The position numbers and the translations under genes are program-made. A DNA stretch of 63,989 nt, filler included, from Archaeoglobus sp. JdFR-37 (GTDB lineage: Archaea > Halobacteriota > Archaeoglobi > Archaeoglobales > Archaeoglobaceae), in NCBI GenBank assembly GCA_002010215.1. It is 5 parts of 4 records of this genome, joined end to end, with 100 filler letters (N's around TTAATTAATTAA, not from the genome) between each part and the next. Parts side by side here need not be neighbours in the genome. Positions count along the whole stretch, not along the records: positions 15,196 to 44,655 come from MTMY01000040.1; 4 more parts are not named here. One strand, written 5' to 3'. The notes beneath the pieces were generated by a model, which made no database searches, had not been told where the DNA came from, and worked only from the letters and a program-made list of their open reading frames with translations. Shown here piece by piece: positions 31,965 through 41,567 of the stretch; positions within the stretch are counted from its first letter, which is position 1, and each line of letters starts with the position of its first letter.

Positions 31965-33043
31965 AAGTAGCCATTATAGGCGGAGGCGTGATTGGACTTT
32001 CAACAGCATACTTTTTAGCCAGAGAAGGTGCCGATGTAACAGTTTTTGAGCAAAAATATCTGCTTTACGGGGCAAGTGGCAGGAATTCAGGTGGTATTAC
32101 AGCCATGCATGATAATGAAGCTATGATAGAGTTGGCAAAGAGAAGCATTGAGCTATACGAGGTGCTTCCTTCCGAAGTGGATTTCAATTTCCTTTTCAGG
32201 CAGGATGGGTACATAAAAGTGGCCGCCACAGGAGATGATTTTGAAGCTCTTAAGGAAGAGGTCAGGCTTCAGAACTCCTTAGGCGTCAAATCAAGGATAA
32301 TCGATGCGTACGAGGTTAAGGATTTTATACCTGATTTTAATGAGGAGTCGATTATTGGTGGAGCTTACGAGCCTTCAGGTGGTGTAATATTCCCCTGGCC
32401 AGTAATCTGGGGTCTGGCTAAAGGGTGCAGGGAGCTAGGTGTTGAAATCAGAGACAACACCGAGGTAAAAGAGATTCTGGTGGAGAATGGTAGAGTAGAA
32501 GGCGTTGTTGCTGGCGATGAAACCTTCAGGGCAGAATACGTTGTCAACGCTGCCGGAGCCTGGAGTAACAGAATCAGCAGCATGGCAGGAGTTGAACTGG
32601 ATAACAAAATCATAAAGGAAGAGATATGCGTCACTGAAAGCCTGAAACCATATCTTAACCAGTACCTGTTAGACATAACAACCGGCGTATACCTGAGTCA
32701 GTCAATGAGAGGAGAGATAGTTGGTGGCATTCTTGGAAGTGAGGCAGATAACCTTTCAACAAGCTCCACCCTTGACTTCGTGTTCAGGTATTCGAGAAGA
32801 GCAATAGAACTAATCCCTAAGCTGAAAGGTCTCGCACTTCTGAGGCAGTGGGCTGGTGTTTACGATGAGGGAAAGGATGGGTTGCCAGTTGTGGGCGAAA
32901 CGAAAATTGATGGGTTCATACAAGCGAACGGATTTGGAAAAGCGGGAATGAGCGTTGGCCCAGCCGTAGGAGAAGAGCTGGCTAAGCTGATTTTAAAAGG
33001 TAAATCCGAGAAATTAGCCGTATTCAACCCAGAAAGATTTTAA
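31961..33043 (+). CDS. FAD-dependent amino-acid oxidoreductase beta subunit (DAO family)
   Basis: GGGVIG, GASGRNSG, NAAGAW, RQWAG, GFG.AG. Confidence 0.88.
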   Translation: MKVAIIGGGVIGLSTAYFLAREGADVTVFEQKYLLYGASGRNSGGITAMHDNEAMIELAKRSIELYEVLPSEVDFNFLFRQDGYIKVAATGDDFEALKEEVRLQNSLGVKSRIIDAYEVKDFIPDFNEESIIGGAYEPSGGVIFPWPVIWGLAKGCRELGVEIRDNTEVKEILVENGRVEGVVAGDETFRAEYVVNAAGAWSNRISSMAGVELDNKIIKEEICVTESLKPYLNQYLLDITTGVYLSQSMRGEIVGGILGSEADNLSTSSTLDFVFRYSRRAIELIPKLKGLALLRQWAGVYDEGKDGLPVVGETKIDGFIQANGFGKAGMSVGPAVGEELAKLILKGKSEKLAVFNPERF

Positions 33044-33058
33044 ACTTTAAAATATTTT

Positions 33059-33253
33059 TCAGGCCTTCTTTTTCTTTTTCAGAACCTCTTCCAGCCTCCT
33101 CTCAAGAGGCTCCTCGTGGGTGTATGGGCACATCAAATAGTGCTCTACAGCCTTTGCTATTGCATCCTTTGTTGCATTCTCTCCAGTCTTTTTCTTGAGC
33201 TCTTCAAGCACATCCTCTGGCAACACAGTCTGAGCATGAACAATCTTAACCAT
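33059..33253 (-). CDS. Small DUF5371-like putative ribbon-helix-helix protein
   Basis: KIVHAQTVL..LEELKKKTGE..TKDA..KAVEHYL; GGTGGTGA RBS. Confidence 0.7.
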   Translation of the reverse strand: MVKIVHAQTVLPEDVLEELKKKTGENATKDAIAKAVEHYLMCPYTHEEPLERRLEEVLKKKKKA

Positions 33254-33362
33254 CTTTCCTCACCACCTATAATAATAATGAGTAAGGAGTATTAAAAGTT
33301 TTCTGGTCAGGAATAAAATTTTAGTAGCTGAAAAAATTATCTAATTTATATTTCTATAAATA

Positions 33363-34709
33363 TCACAAATCATCAATAAGCTCTCTAAGCCAGGCAATAA
33401 CTGCATCTATCCTTTCATGTGTTGTCCCAAGGTAGTTTTCAGGTTGCAGCAGACTTTCAAGCTCTTCACGGCTGAAATACTTAGATATTCGTTCATCAGA
33501 CTTCAAGGCCTCCAGTAATGAAGTGTTTTTCTCGTAAGCCCTAAGGGATGCCTGTCTCAATATTTCATGAGCCTCCTGACGGGGTATGCCTTTTTTAGTG
33601 AGGGCAATCATAACTGTTTCACTCAAATTAAGTCCTTTCTGGGCTTCGAGATTTCTCTTTATATTCTCATAATTCAGCCGGAGCGTAGAGAGGACTTTTG
33701 CCATCTTAACAAGTATGTGATCCGTAAGTACTGAGGTTTCCACCAGAATTATGCGCTCAGCGGAGGAATTGGTAAGATCTCTCTCTTCCCAGAGTATGGA
33801 ACTCTGGTGCATGGGCTCCACGAACCCCCTGATGACTCTTGCAATACCGCATATCTGCTCGCTGTCTATGGGATTTCTTTTGTGGGGCATGGTGGAGCTT
33901 CCGACCTGCTTCTCCTCGAACTTTTCCATGAGTTCAGCAGTTTCAGCCCTTTGAAGGAGCCTTATGTTAGTGGCAATTTTCTCGAGAGTGGATGCAATGG
34001 CTGCAAGGAAGGAAACATACTCGATGTAGATGTCCCTTGGGATTATCTGACTGCTGATTGTCGCAGGTTTCAGGCCCAGAATTCTCATAACCTCTCTCTC
34101 TATCTCTAGACCATCCTTCCCGAAGGCAGCTTGTGTACCAACTGCTCCGCTCATCTGGCCCACAAGAATTCGCTTCTCCATCTCTTTCAGCCTTTCATAA
34201 TGCCTTCCCATTTCAGAGGCCCAAAGGGCAAAGCGAAAACCATAGGTTGTAGGCAAAGCTGCCTGACCATGAGTTCTGCCCAAACATACAGCATTTCTGT
34301 GCTCTTCAGCCAATCTAACAAGATGTCTGATTACCTCCTTTATTCTGACTTCCAACAACTTAAGGGAGTCGCGAAGCTGAAGTGCTGTAGCAGTATCGAT
34401 TATGTCATTTGAAGTGGCTCCAAAATGAACGAATCTACCAGAATTTCCTGCAACCTCAGTTATGGCTTTAACCAGAGCCATTATGTCGTGTTTTATCTCA
34501 TTTTCTATCTCTCTTACCCTGTCTGGCGTTATTCCTAGCACTTTCTTTTTTACCTCCTCTGTTTCTGTCTCATCAACATACCCCATTCTGGCGAGGGCTT
34601 TGAGCAGGGCTACCTCAACCCGGATCATTCTCTTGATCTTACTGTCCTCGCTCCAGATTCTCTTCATCTGCTCAGTTCCGTAGCGATAATCGATGGGGTG
34701 AACAATCAT
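33363..34709 (-). CDS. purB: Adenylosuccinate lyase
   Basis: HPIDYRYG, HFGATSND, GRTHGQ, GSSTMPHKRNP. Confidence 0.96.
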   Translation of the reverse strand: MIVHPIDYRYGTEQMKRIWSEDSKIKRMIRVEVALLKALARMGYVDETETEEVKKKVLGITPDRVREIENEIKHDIMALVKAITEVAGNSGRFVHFGATSNDIIDTATALQLRDSLKLLEVRIKEVIRHLVRLAEEHRNAVCLGRTHGQAALPTTYGFRFALWASEMGRHYERLKEMEKRILVGQMSGAVGTQAAFGKDGLEIEREVMRILGLKPATISSQIIPRDIYIEYVSFLAAIASTLEKIATNIRLLQRAETAELMEKFEEKQVGSSTMPHKRNPIDSEQICGIARVIRGFVEPMHQSSILWEERDLTNSSAERIILVETSVLTDHILVKMAKVLSTLRLNYENIKRNLEAQKGLNLSETVMIALTKKGIPRQEAHEILRQASLRAYEKNTSLLEALKSDERISKYFSREELESLLQPENYLGTTHERIDAVIAWLRELIDDL

Positions 34710-34744
34710 CAGAAAAGGATTGCAAAAAAGGTTTAAAAAACCTT

Positions 34745-34939
34745 TCAAAAGCTCAGACGGGAATCAACTTCCTTCACAGCATCTCTGACACAGAAGTACT
34801 CTCTTTTGACTTTCTTGAGGTATTTACATCTTTTTCCTGTGTACCCGGTGATACAGAGCTGGCAATCTTCTGGAAAAACCCTTTTTACGCCCAGTCCATA
34901 TTTTTCAGCCAGTATTTCGAGGACAGTCATCTCCCTCAC
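34745..34939 (-). CDS. Small Cys-rich hypothetical protein
   Basis: 64 aa with CxxC..C..C. Confidence 0.5.
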   Translation of the reverse strand: MREMTVLEILAEKYGLGVKRVFPEDCQLCITGYTGKRCKYLKKVKREYFCVRDAVKEVDSRLSF

Positions 34940-35048
34940 CCCAAAGGGTTGTTAATTAATTTATCCTTTCTGGTTTTAAACGTATCCTTACTAAGTTTGC
35001 CTTTCAAGGAAATTAAGTTTATGTATCTGGTACCAGCACCAACATTCA

Positions 35049-36239
35049 ATGAAGTTCAGGGTGACTGCAGAATTTGACGACGCCAAGACTGGCATCGTCG
35101 AAACAGACCACGGGAGCTTTGAAACTCCTGCGTTTATCCCTGTCGCTACCCTAGCTGCGGTCAGAGGACTTGATAGCAGAGATCTGAAGGACATGGGAGT
35201 AGAGGCTATAATCGCCAACACCTACCACCTGCATCTCAGGCCGGGAGATGAGCTGATAAAGAGAATGGGTGGTCTCCATAAGTTTATGGATTTTGATGGC
35301 CCCATAATAACCGATTCAGGTGGTTTTCAGGCTTTTTCCTTGGGTCTCGGTATGGAGCACGGAGTGGGGAAGATAGCGGATAATATTTTCCTAGAAGGGC
35401 TCAAAAATCCCGATTACAAGGGGGAGAAGTGGGCATTCGTTGATGACGAGGGAGTTACCTTCAGAAGTCCGCTTACCGGTCAGAGGGTGAAGCTCACTCC
35501 CGAAAAATCCATGCAGATTCAGTCCAACCTTGGATCCGATATAATATTCGCCTTTGATGAGTGCACCTCTCCGCTTTCAGACAAAGAATACACTGCTAGA
35601 GCAATGGAGAGGACCCATAGATGGGCTGAAATATGCTTAGAATGCTACGACAGAAGACAAGCTCTTTTTGGAATTGTTCAGGGTGGAGAGTATAAGGATT
35701 TGAGGATTAAATCGGCAGAGTTCATGGCCGAAAAAGAGTTTGCCGGCTATGGAATAGGCGGCTCCCTTGGCAAGAGCAAGAGAGACATGCTGAACATCCT
35801 AGAATGGGTCAATCCCATATTGCCTGAGGACAAACCTAGACACCTGCTTGGGATTGGAGCGGTGGAAGACATATTCAATTCCGTGGAGAGAGGCATTGAC
35901 ATGTTCGACTGCGTTTCTCCAACCAGATGGGCCAGGAGAGGGGTTCTGTTCATATCACCTCTTGAAGGTGGGAATGTTAGAAACAAATTCAGAATTCACA
36001 TTAAAAATGCGAGATTCAGAGAAGATGCGAAGCCAATTGACAGATGGTGTGATTGCTTTGTATGTCAGGATTATTCCAGAGCTTATCTGAGGCACCTTTA
36101 CGTTGCCAATGAATTGACCTATTTCAGGCTTGCATCATATCACAATGTCTATTTCATGCTGAAATTGATGAGGGAGATAAGAGACTCGATAAAGGAAGGG
36201 AGCTTTTACGAATTGAAGAAAGAGTGGCTCGGGTATTGA
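35049..36239 (+). CDS. tgt: tRNA-guanine transglycosylase, bacterial (G34/queuine) type
   Basis: NTYHL.LRPG, TDSGGFQ, FDEC, GIVQGG, HLLGIG, DMFDC, Zn site CxCxxC..HN; 396 aa with no PUA tail. Confidence 0.92.
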   Translation: MKFRVTAEFDDAKTGIVETDHGSFETPAFIPVATLAAVRGLDSRDLKDMGVEAIIANTYHLHLRPGDELIKRMGGLHKFMDFDGPIITDSGGFQAFSLGLGMEHGVGKIADNIFLEGLKNPDYKGEKWAFVDDEGVTFRSPLTGQRVKLTPEKSMQIQSNLGSDIIFAFDECTSPLSDKEYTARAMERTHRWAEICLECYDRRQALFGIVQGGEYKDLRIKSAEFMAEKEFAGYGIGGSLGKSKRDMLNILEWVNPILPEDKPRHLLGIGAVEDIFNSVERGIDMFDCVSPTRWARRGVLFISPLEGGNVRNKFRIHIKNARFREDAKPIDRWCDCFVCQDYSRAYLRHLYVANELTYFRLASYHNVYFMLKLMREIRDSIKEGSFYELKKEWLGY

Positions 36240-36246
36240 AAAGTTT

Positions 36247-36777
36247 TCACACCCAGTTTTGCAGAAGCAGCCCAGCTACCAGCAAAAAAGACATGGTAAC
36301 AATTACTCCCTGAAATCGAACCTTTTTCCCGTTTCTGAATTCTACCACTTTCTCGCTGACCCAGGGACCAATAACCACCATTGCAGCCCCCACCAGACTC
36401 CCTGAAAGGAAGTAGTTTACAAGATACGTTCTGTTGAGAAGAGAACCATAATCTCCGGCGAAGTAGATGTAAATGGGAAAGCTTCTAGGCAGGACATAAG
36501 TCAGAGGTAAAACTGTTATCAAGAATGAGGTAGCAGCCAGAGCAAATTTTGGCAGAACACCAAACCTCTTCATATTTGCAATCCAGAAACCCATAGAAGA
36601 CGCAAGAGCACCAACAAACAGACCGATAACTTGAGCTTTCACGCCCAGAATCGCTGCACCTCCAGCAGCCGCAGCTATTCCAACTGTACACAGAGGACAG
36701 TGGGCTTCAACCCTTGGAATCAGGAATATGGTTGGGATAAGAGGAATTAAATACCCCAGCTTAATTTTTGCATTCAT
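36247..36777 (-). CDS. Membrane protein with HCPLC motif
   Basis: Signal-like N-terminus, AHCPLCT, 4-5 TM segments. Confidence 0.7.
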   Translation of the reverse strand: MNAKIKLGYLIPLIPTIFLIPRVEAHCPLCTVGIAAAAGGAAILGVKAQVIGLFVGALASSMGFWIANMKRFGVLPKFALAATSFLITVLPLTYVLPRSFPIYIYFAGDYGSLLNRTYLVNYFLSGSLVGAAMVVIGPWVSEKVVEFRNGKKVRFQGVIVTMSFLLVAGLLLQNWV

Positions 36778-36789
36778 TCTAGAACCCTC

Positions 36790-37272
36790 CTACATGGTCA
36801 TGAATGTTCTGAACTCCCCATCCTTAACAGCATAGATTACGAAGAGTTCCTTTTTCCCACCTGGCATTCCGGGAGATCCTGAGGGCATGCCCGGCAGAGC
36901 TATTCCATCGGCATCAGGTCTCTCATCCAGCAGCTTTTTGATTGCCTCAACAGGCACGTGCCCCTCGATAAAGTATCTACCGATAACCGATGTGTGACAG
37001 CTCCGCATGGAAGGTGGGACGCCATATTGGCTTTTCAATGAGGTTACGTTCTCCATCTGGACTACTTCAACTTCAAAACCCCTGCCCTTCAGGTAATCCA
37101 CATAAACAAAACAGCACATGCAGGCAGGAGAGAGATAAACTGTTATTTCATTAGAAGGAGTTTCATGGTTAGAGAGAATCAGTGGTGTCATAACAAGGGG
37201 AATCGCAATGGCAAAAATTGCCAGCCAGTATTTTTTCCGGTTTTTGGGCTGGTTTTGGGATGACTCTGTCAT
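36790..37272 (-). CDS. DUF411 (CopG-like) metal-binding protein
   Basis: PACMCC, SCHT, EGHVP, PGMPSGSPGM. Confidence 0.88.
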   Translation of the reverse strand: MTESSQNQPKNRKKYWLAIFAIAIPLVMTPLILSNHETPSNEITVYLSPACMCCFVYVDYLKGRGFEVEVVQMENVTSLKSQYGVPPSMRSCHTSVIGRYFIEGHVPVEAIKKLLDERPDADGIALPGMPSGSPGMPGGKKELFVIYAVKDGEFRTFMTM

Positions 37273-37364
37273 ACCAATATTTGCACTTACACTTATTTAG
37301 TATTTTTCATCTTCTGTAAATTTGTCTATTCCAAGATTATTTTCAAGCCTTTATGAAACATTCA

Positions 37365-38066
37365 TCACACTTTTTCATCAACTTTGATCTTCGTTGCAAG
37401 GTAGATAAATGGCGTATCGAATATCGCTACGATGAACTTCATTACATACGAAGTTGCAAATATCTCGAATATCCCCTTAAATCCGAGTGACTGCAAAAAC
37501 TCTGGGTTCAGCACAACGAAAAAGAGGGTTGTGAAAACAAGGTTGTCTATCAGTTGGGAAACCATTGTTGAAGCGTTGTTTCTCAGCCATAAATGCCTAC
37601 CTTCTGTTTTCCTTTTCCAGAACTCGAAGGCCCACACGTCGTGAAGCTGTGAAATTAGGTATGCTGAGAGGCTCGCCACCATGACATCAGGCATGAAGCC
37701 GAATATCTGCTCCAGCGCCGGACTTAAAGTGTCTTCCTCTGCCGGAACAAACATGAGTGTGAGCTGCATTATCAAGGTTGTAGCTATTAAAACGAAGAAA
37801 CCTATTAAAACAGCCTTTCTGGCCTCTTTTTTGCCATATTTCTCAGTTAGGATGTCTGTTGCAAGGAAAGTCGTGCCGTAAATAATGTTACCCATAGCTG
37901 TAACGAAGCCGAAGAATCTTATGAGCTTCGCCACTTGGACATTGGCCAAGATTATGGCCATTGCTACCCATGCAAATAACCCATTTCTGCCAAAAAGCCT
38001 GTAGGCCAGTATAATCCCTGCAAAGTTCACAAACATTAGTAGAAACCACAGCACTTCATTTATCAC
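37365..38066 (-). CDS. Queuosine precursor transporter (YhhQ/QPTR, COG1738), copy 1
   Basis: ANVQ..K, FLATDILTE.YG, AYLISQLHDV, WLRNNAST.VSQLID, DTPF. Confidence 0.9.
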   Translation of the reverse strand: MINEVLWFLLMFVNFAGIILAYRLFGRNGLFAWVAMAIILANVQVAKLIRFFGFVTAMGNIIYGTTFLATDILTEKYGKKEARKAVLIGFFVLIATTLIMQLTLMFVPAEEDTLSPALEQIFGFMPDVMVASLSAYLISQLHDVWAFEFWKRKTEGRHLWLRNNASTMVSQLIDNLVFTTLFFVVLNPEFLQSLGFKGIFEIFATSYVMKFIVAIFDTPFIYLATKIKVDEKV

Positions 38067-38182
38067 GCCTCTCCCTAAAAATGGAGTGTATTTAAATTTT
38101 ATTATGACAACTTATTGTAACATTTCTGACAACCAAAAGTTTTATTAATCCATCATTATTTATCATTAAGGAGGTGGATGAG

Positions 38183-38305
38183 ATGTGTCCGGTGTGTGGA
38201 AGCTTATCCCTTGTGAGTGCGTGGGAGGATGACAGGTTTTCATATTACGCCTGTGCCAGTTGTGGGCATACGCTGAGCCTGTCTAAGGGGGTGAAACCTC
38301 TGTAA
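38183..38305 (+). CDS. CPxCG-type zinc-finger microprotein (40 aa)
   Basis: GGAGGTG RBS; MCPVCGSLSLVSAWEDDRFSYYACASCGHTLSLSKGVKPL*; not in the ORF track. Confidence 0.75.
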   Translation: MCPVCGSLSLVSAWEDDRFSYYACASCGHTLSLSKGVKPL

Positions 38306-38356
38306 ATGCTGTAAGTGCTGTAACGCTTATAAACCCTGCCCCCTCTTTTTTCCAAC

Positions 38357-39058
38357 ATGGTTGAGTTTCTGTTGTGGGCCCTTTCAACACTATTTACTGT
38401 AACCCTCACAGTAATAATTGCTGAAAGAATAGGAATAGAAGTAGCTATTGGAATTTATGCTGCTCTTATAGTTCTCTCCAACCTTATTGCCGGGAAGCTA
38501 ATTACTGTGTTCACTTTCGTAGCTCCGGCAGCGGTTATAGTTTACTCCTCCACATTTTTGATAACAGACATCTTGTGTGAGTTATACGGTAAAGAATACG
38601 CCAGAAAAGCCGTGATTGCAGGGTTCTTCGCCAGCATCCTTGCCATGATTTCTATAGCAATTGCTGTGAGGTGGGAGGCAGCACCATTCGTCTCTGAGGA
38701 GTTTGTCAGAGCCTATGAAGCTGTTTTCTCCATGACTCCCCGCATAATAATCGCATCAATTATCGCCTATATTATCTCCCAGACCCACGACGTATATGCT
38801 TTCCACTTCTGGAAGGGAGTGACAGGAGGGAAGTACCTCTGGCTGAGAAATAATGCTTCTACGCTAGTTTCCCAGCTTATTGATACCACGATTTTCATAA
38901 CCCTTGCGTTCTGGAATCCGGGAATGCCAATGGCGCAGCTATTCGCTATGATAACCGGACAGTACGTGATTAAAATGGCAATTGCACTGCTGGACACACC
39001 TTTCATCTACGCCGCAACCGCAACCCATGCAAGGCTGCGAGGTGTTGAGGCAGCATAA
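38357..39058 (+). CDS. Queuosine precursor transporter (YhhQ/QPTR), copy 2
   Basis: SNLIAGK, FLITDILCE.YG, AYIISQTHDV, WLRNNAST.VSQLID, DTPF. Confidence 0.9.
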   Translation: MVEFLLWALSTLFTVTLTVIIAERIGIEVAIGIYAALIVLSNLIAGKLITVFTFVAPAAVIVYSSTFLITDILCELYGKEYARKAVIAGFFASILAMISIAIAVRWEAAPFVSEEFVRAYEAVFSMTPRIIIASIIAYIISQTHDVYAFHFWKGVTGGKYLWLRNNASTLVSQLIDTTIFITLAFWNPGMPMAQLFAMITGQYVIKMAIALLDTPFIYAATATHARLRGVEAA

Positions 39059-39092
39059 CTTGGCCTGATCAGTTCCCAATCTGTCCAGCACG

Positions 39093-40004
39093 TTAAGGAG
39101 TGAGTCTTTCAAGCTGGTTTAGGGTTGCAACATTCACACCCATTCCCCTTACATCCTCTAAAAGCTTGGATGTGGGTTTTCCGTGATAGAAGATTACTGC
39201 TTCAGGTTTGCAATGCTCTACCATCTCTATCAAGCCTTTGTAGTCGAGATGATCGCTCACAACTATTCTCGGCAGTCTGTAAAACCTCTGGGCTGTCAGA
39301 ATATACTTTTTTCCGCTGTATTCGTAGATTTTCCTAGTGGTAGTGAGGTGCACATCTCCCTCCTTCGCCACTTCGATTCCAAAAAGCTTGCAGAGCCTAG
39401 TAATCCTTTCCTCTGCTGAGAAATCTATACCATTATCATTCAGCAATTTCCCAACCCTCTGGGCTTTCCCAACAGGATAAACACCATAAAATGACCCATT
39501 CGCCTCCTCTATAACTCTGTGGATTTCCTCATTGAAGATGTCAGCAGGACTCCCATATGTGGCCTCGCAAATCAGCACATCACACCTTGGCAAAGAAGAG
39601 TAGTCTTTAACATCTCCCGTTACCAGAATTCTGCTCTCAGATCTGAATAGAAAAGCTGCAGAGCCGTGCATGTGTAGTGTCTCGTGAGTGGAAACTTTGA
39701 TGCCGTCAAGTTCCAGTTTATCGCCTATCGAGAAAGTGTTGCCAGCAAACTTTTTGCCTGTAAGCTCCTCCAGTATTCTGGCTGTTTCATGAGACGCTAT
39801 CGCATTTCTATTTCTCACATTCCCTTTGCCGTAGTGGTCAGAGTGGGCATGAGTTATGATGTTGTAGCCCTTTTTTCCCCGAGATGAATCGATATGAAAC
39901 TCCGCTTCCCTGAACCTCAGGCTGAGATGAGGTTTTGTCAAGCTACCATGAGCTCTTCTAAAAGGGAAAAAACCGTATTGCTCGAGGAAATCAAGGGAAT
40001 GCAT
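39093..40004 (-). CDS. Metallo-beta-lactamase-fold (beta-CASP-like) nuclease
   Basis: THAHSDH, H..GS, TGD, EATYG, SDH, FYHG. Confidence 0.85.
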   Translation of the reverse strand: MHSLDFLEQYGFFPFRRAHGSLTKPHLSLRFREAEFHIDSSRGKKGYNIITHAHSDHYGKGNVRNRNAIASHETARILEELTGKKFAGNTFSIGDKLELDGIKVSTHETLHMHGSAAFLFRSESRILVTGDVKDYSSLPRCDVLICEATYGSPADIFNEEIHRVIEEANGSFYGVYPVGKAQRVGKLLNDNGIDFSAEERITRLCKLFGIEVAKEGDVHLTTTRKIYEYSGKKYILTAQRFYRLPRIVVSDHLDYKGLIEMVEHCKPEAVIFYHGKPTSKLLEDVRGMGVNVATLNQLERLTP

Positions 40005-40066
40005 TACTCCTCCCTCTTCTTTTTAAAGCAGATCATGCAGTCCAGACATTTCTCGGGGATTTCCAT
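40004..40066 (-). CDS. Putative 20-aa CxxCxxC peptide coupled to the MBL gene
   Basis: MEIPEKCLDCMICFKKKREE*; TAATG stop/start overlap; TATA-like element about 25 bp upstream. Confidence 0.45.
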   Translation of the reverse strand: MEIPEKCLDCMICFKKKREE

Positions 40067-40297
40067 GATGTAATCTGGGCTTTAAAATTGTATAAATCTT
40101 TTCTGCTGGGAATTTCAGGTTATCCACTCAACAGTTAAACAAATCAGAGATCGTTACCCAGCCATTGGGTTGTTAAAATGATTTTGGACGATGATTCTTG
40201 GATAAAATTCTGAATTTTCTGATTTAAAAGTATAAAGTTCCAGGATAATTTATATTAAATAGCAAACTATAAGTAACTTTGAAAACAATTATTACTG

Positions 40298-40888
40298 GTG
40301 ACAAATATGGAGTATGAAAAAATGGTAGTGCTGAGAGATGGAATACAAGTTAAAATAAGGCCTTTGAGGAAAGAAGACGAAGAATTGCTGGTGAAATTCT
40401 TTAAAAACCTTGACGTCAGCGATGTTATGTTTTTGATGGATGATGTTAGGAACGAAGAAGTCGTTAGAGAATGGGTCAGAGGATTGGATTACAACTGGGT
40501 TCTTCCCCTAGTTGCAGTTCACAATGCTGAAATAGTGGGTGATATTGCACTTAAGTTTTCAGGTAGAGAGAGGAGAAAACATGTAGCAGAGCTAACAGTA
40601 ACGATTGCCAGAGATTTCAGAGGCAAAGGTTTAGGGGCGGCGCTAAATGAGGCGGCAGAGGACATTGCGAGGCAAAAGGGGATAAGAAAACTAAAGTATG
40701 AAACGCCCATATCCAATGTCAGGGCTGTGATAAGTGCAGAACTCTGGGGATATACAAAAGAAGCTGTTCTTGAAAAGGAGTTTTATTCTCCTGTGGATAA
40801 ACTACTCCACGATGTTGTAGTTTTAACCAAATTCATACAGCCGGTTGAGGTCGAGGAAACTCCAGAGGTAATTGAGGAATTTCTTTAA
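40298..40888 (+). CDS. GNAT acetyltransferase
   Basis: LRDG..V.IRPL, FRGKGLG. Confidence 0.85.
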   Translation: MTNMEYEKMVVLRDGIQVKIRPLRKEDEELLVKFFKNLDVSDVMFLMDDVRNEEVVREWVRGLDYNWVLPLVAVHNAEIVGDIALKFSGRERRKHVAELTVTIARDFRGKGLGAALNEAAEDIARQKGIRKLKYETPISNVRAVISAELWGYTKEAVLEKEFYSPVDKLLHDVVVLTKFIQPVEVEETPEVIEEFL

Positions 40889-40930
40889 TTTTTAAATTTA
40901 TTACTTTTATTTTTTAATCCCATTTTACTT

Positions 40931-41512
40931 TTATTTATCTTTTAAAGAAGCCAGAAGTTTTGCTGAAAGCAAATCCGACTTCGTTCGCTCTAGGGATTGT
41001 CTCGCTGAATCCAACTTGAATCTTAAGCCTGGAGTAAGCTTGTCTGGGAAGCTGAAAGTTATGAGCTCGGCATAAATCTCCTCCATTATGTTCAGATACT
41101 TCTCAGCCTTCTCCACCTCACCTTTCCTCATTGAATCAAGAGAGAGGCGCCTCAACTCGCCAATCAGGTCAGCTAATCCTGTAAGGACAGAAGCGGGCTC
41201 CACTTCCAGCTCAATCTCCCAGAAGCTCTCACCACTCATAACCTTCATCAGGGCGTAAGCCTCTACCAGCTCCTGCATGGCGTCGTGGGTAATGGGATAA
41301 TATATCTCAGGGTATTTCTTGAATTCCACAACTTTTTCCAGAACTTCGATAGCTTTCTCAACGAACCGCTTTGCATCGTTAAGCTTTCCAGCATGAACCG
41401 CCATTACAGACTTGGTAGCATTTATTCTCATTTCTCTCGTGAGTTTCAGCAGCTCTTCTCTTGCCTTTTCCCTCTCCTCGAGGAATTTCCTGACATAGTC
41501 AAGCACCATCAT
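40931..41512 (-). CDS. Translin-family protein
   Basis: REELLK..RE, QELVEA, GLADLIGELRR, LRFKLD. Confidence 0.88.
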   Translation of the reverse strand: MMVLDYVRKFLEEREKAREELLKLTREMRINATKSVMAVHAGKLNDAKRFVEKAIEVLEKVVEFKKYPEIYYPITHDAMQELVEAYALMKVMSGESFWEIELEVEPASVLTGLADLIGELRRLSLDSMRKGEVEKAEKYLNIMEEIYAELITFSFPDKLTPGLRFKLDSARQSLERTKSDLLSAKLLASLKDK

Positions 41513-41567
41513 TAGTCCTCCAGTATCGGTTGATGAATTTTAATTTACTTGAATTACTTCATTCACT

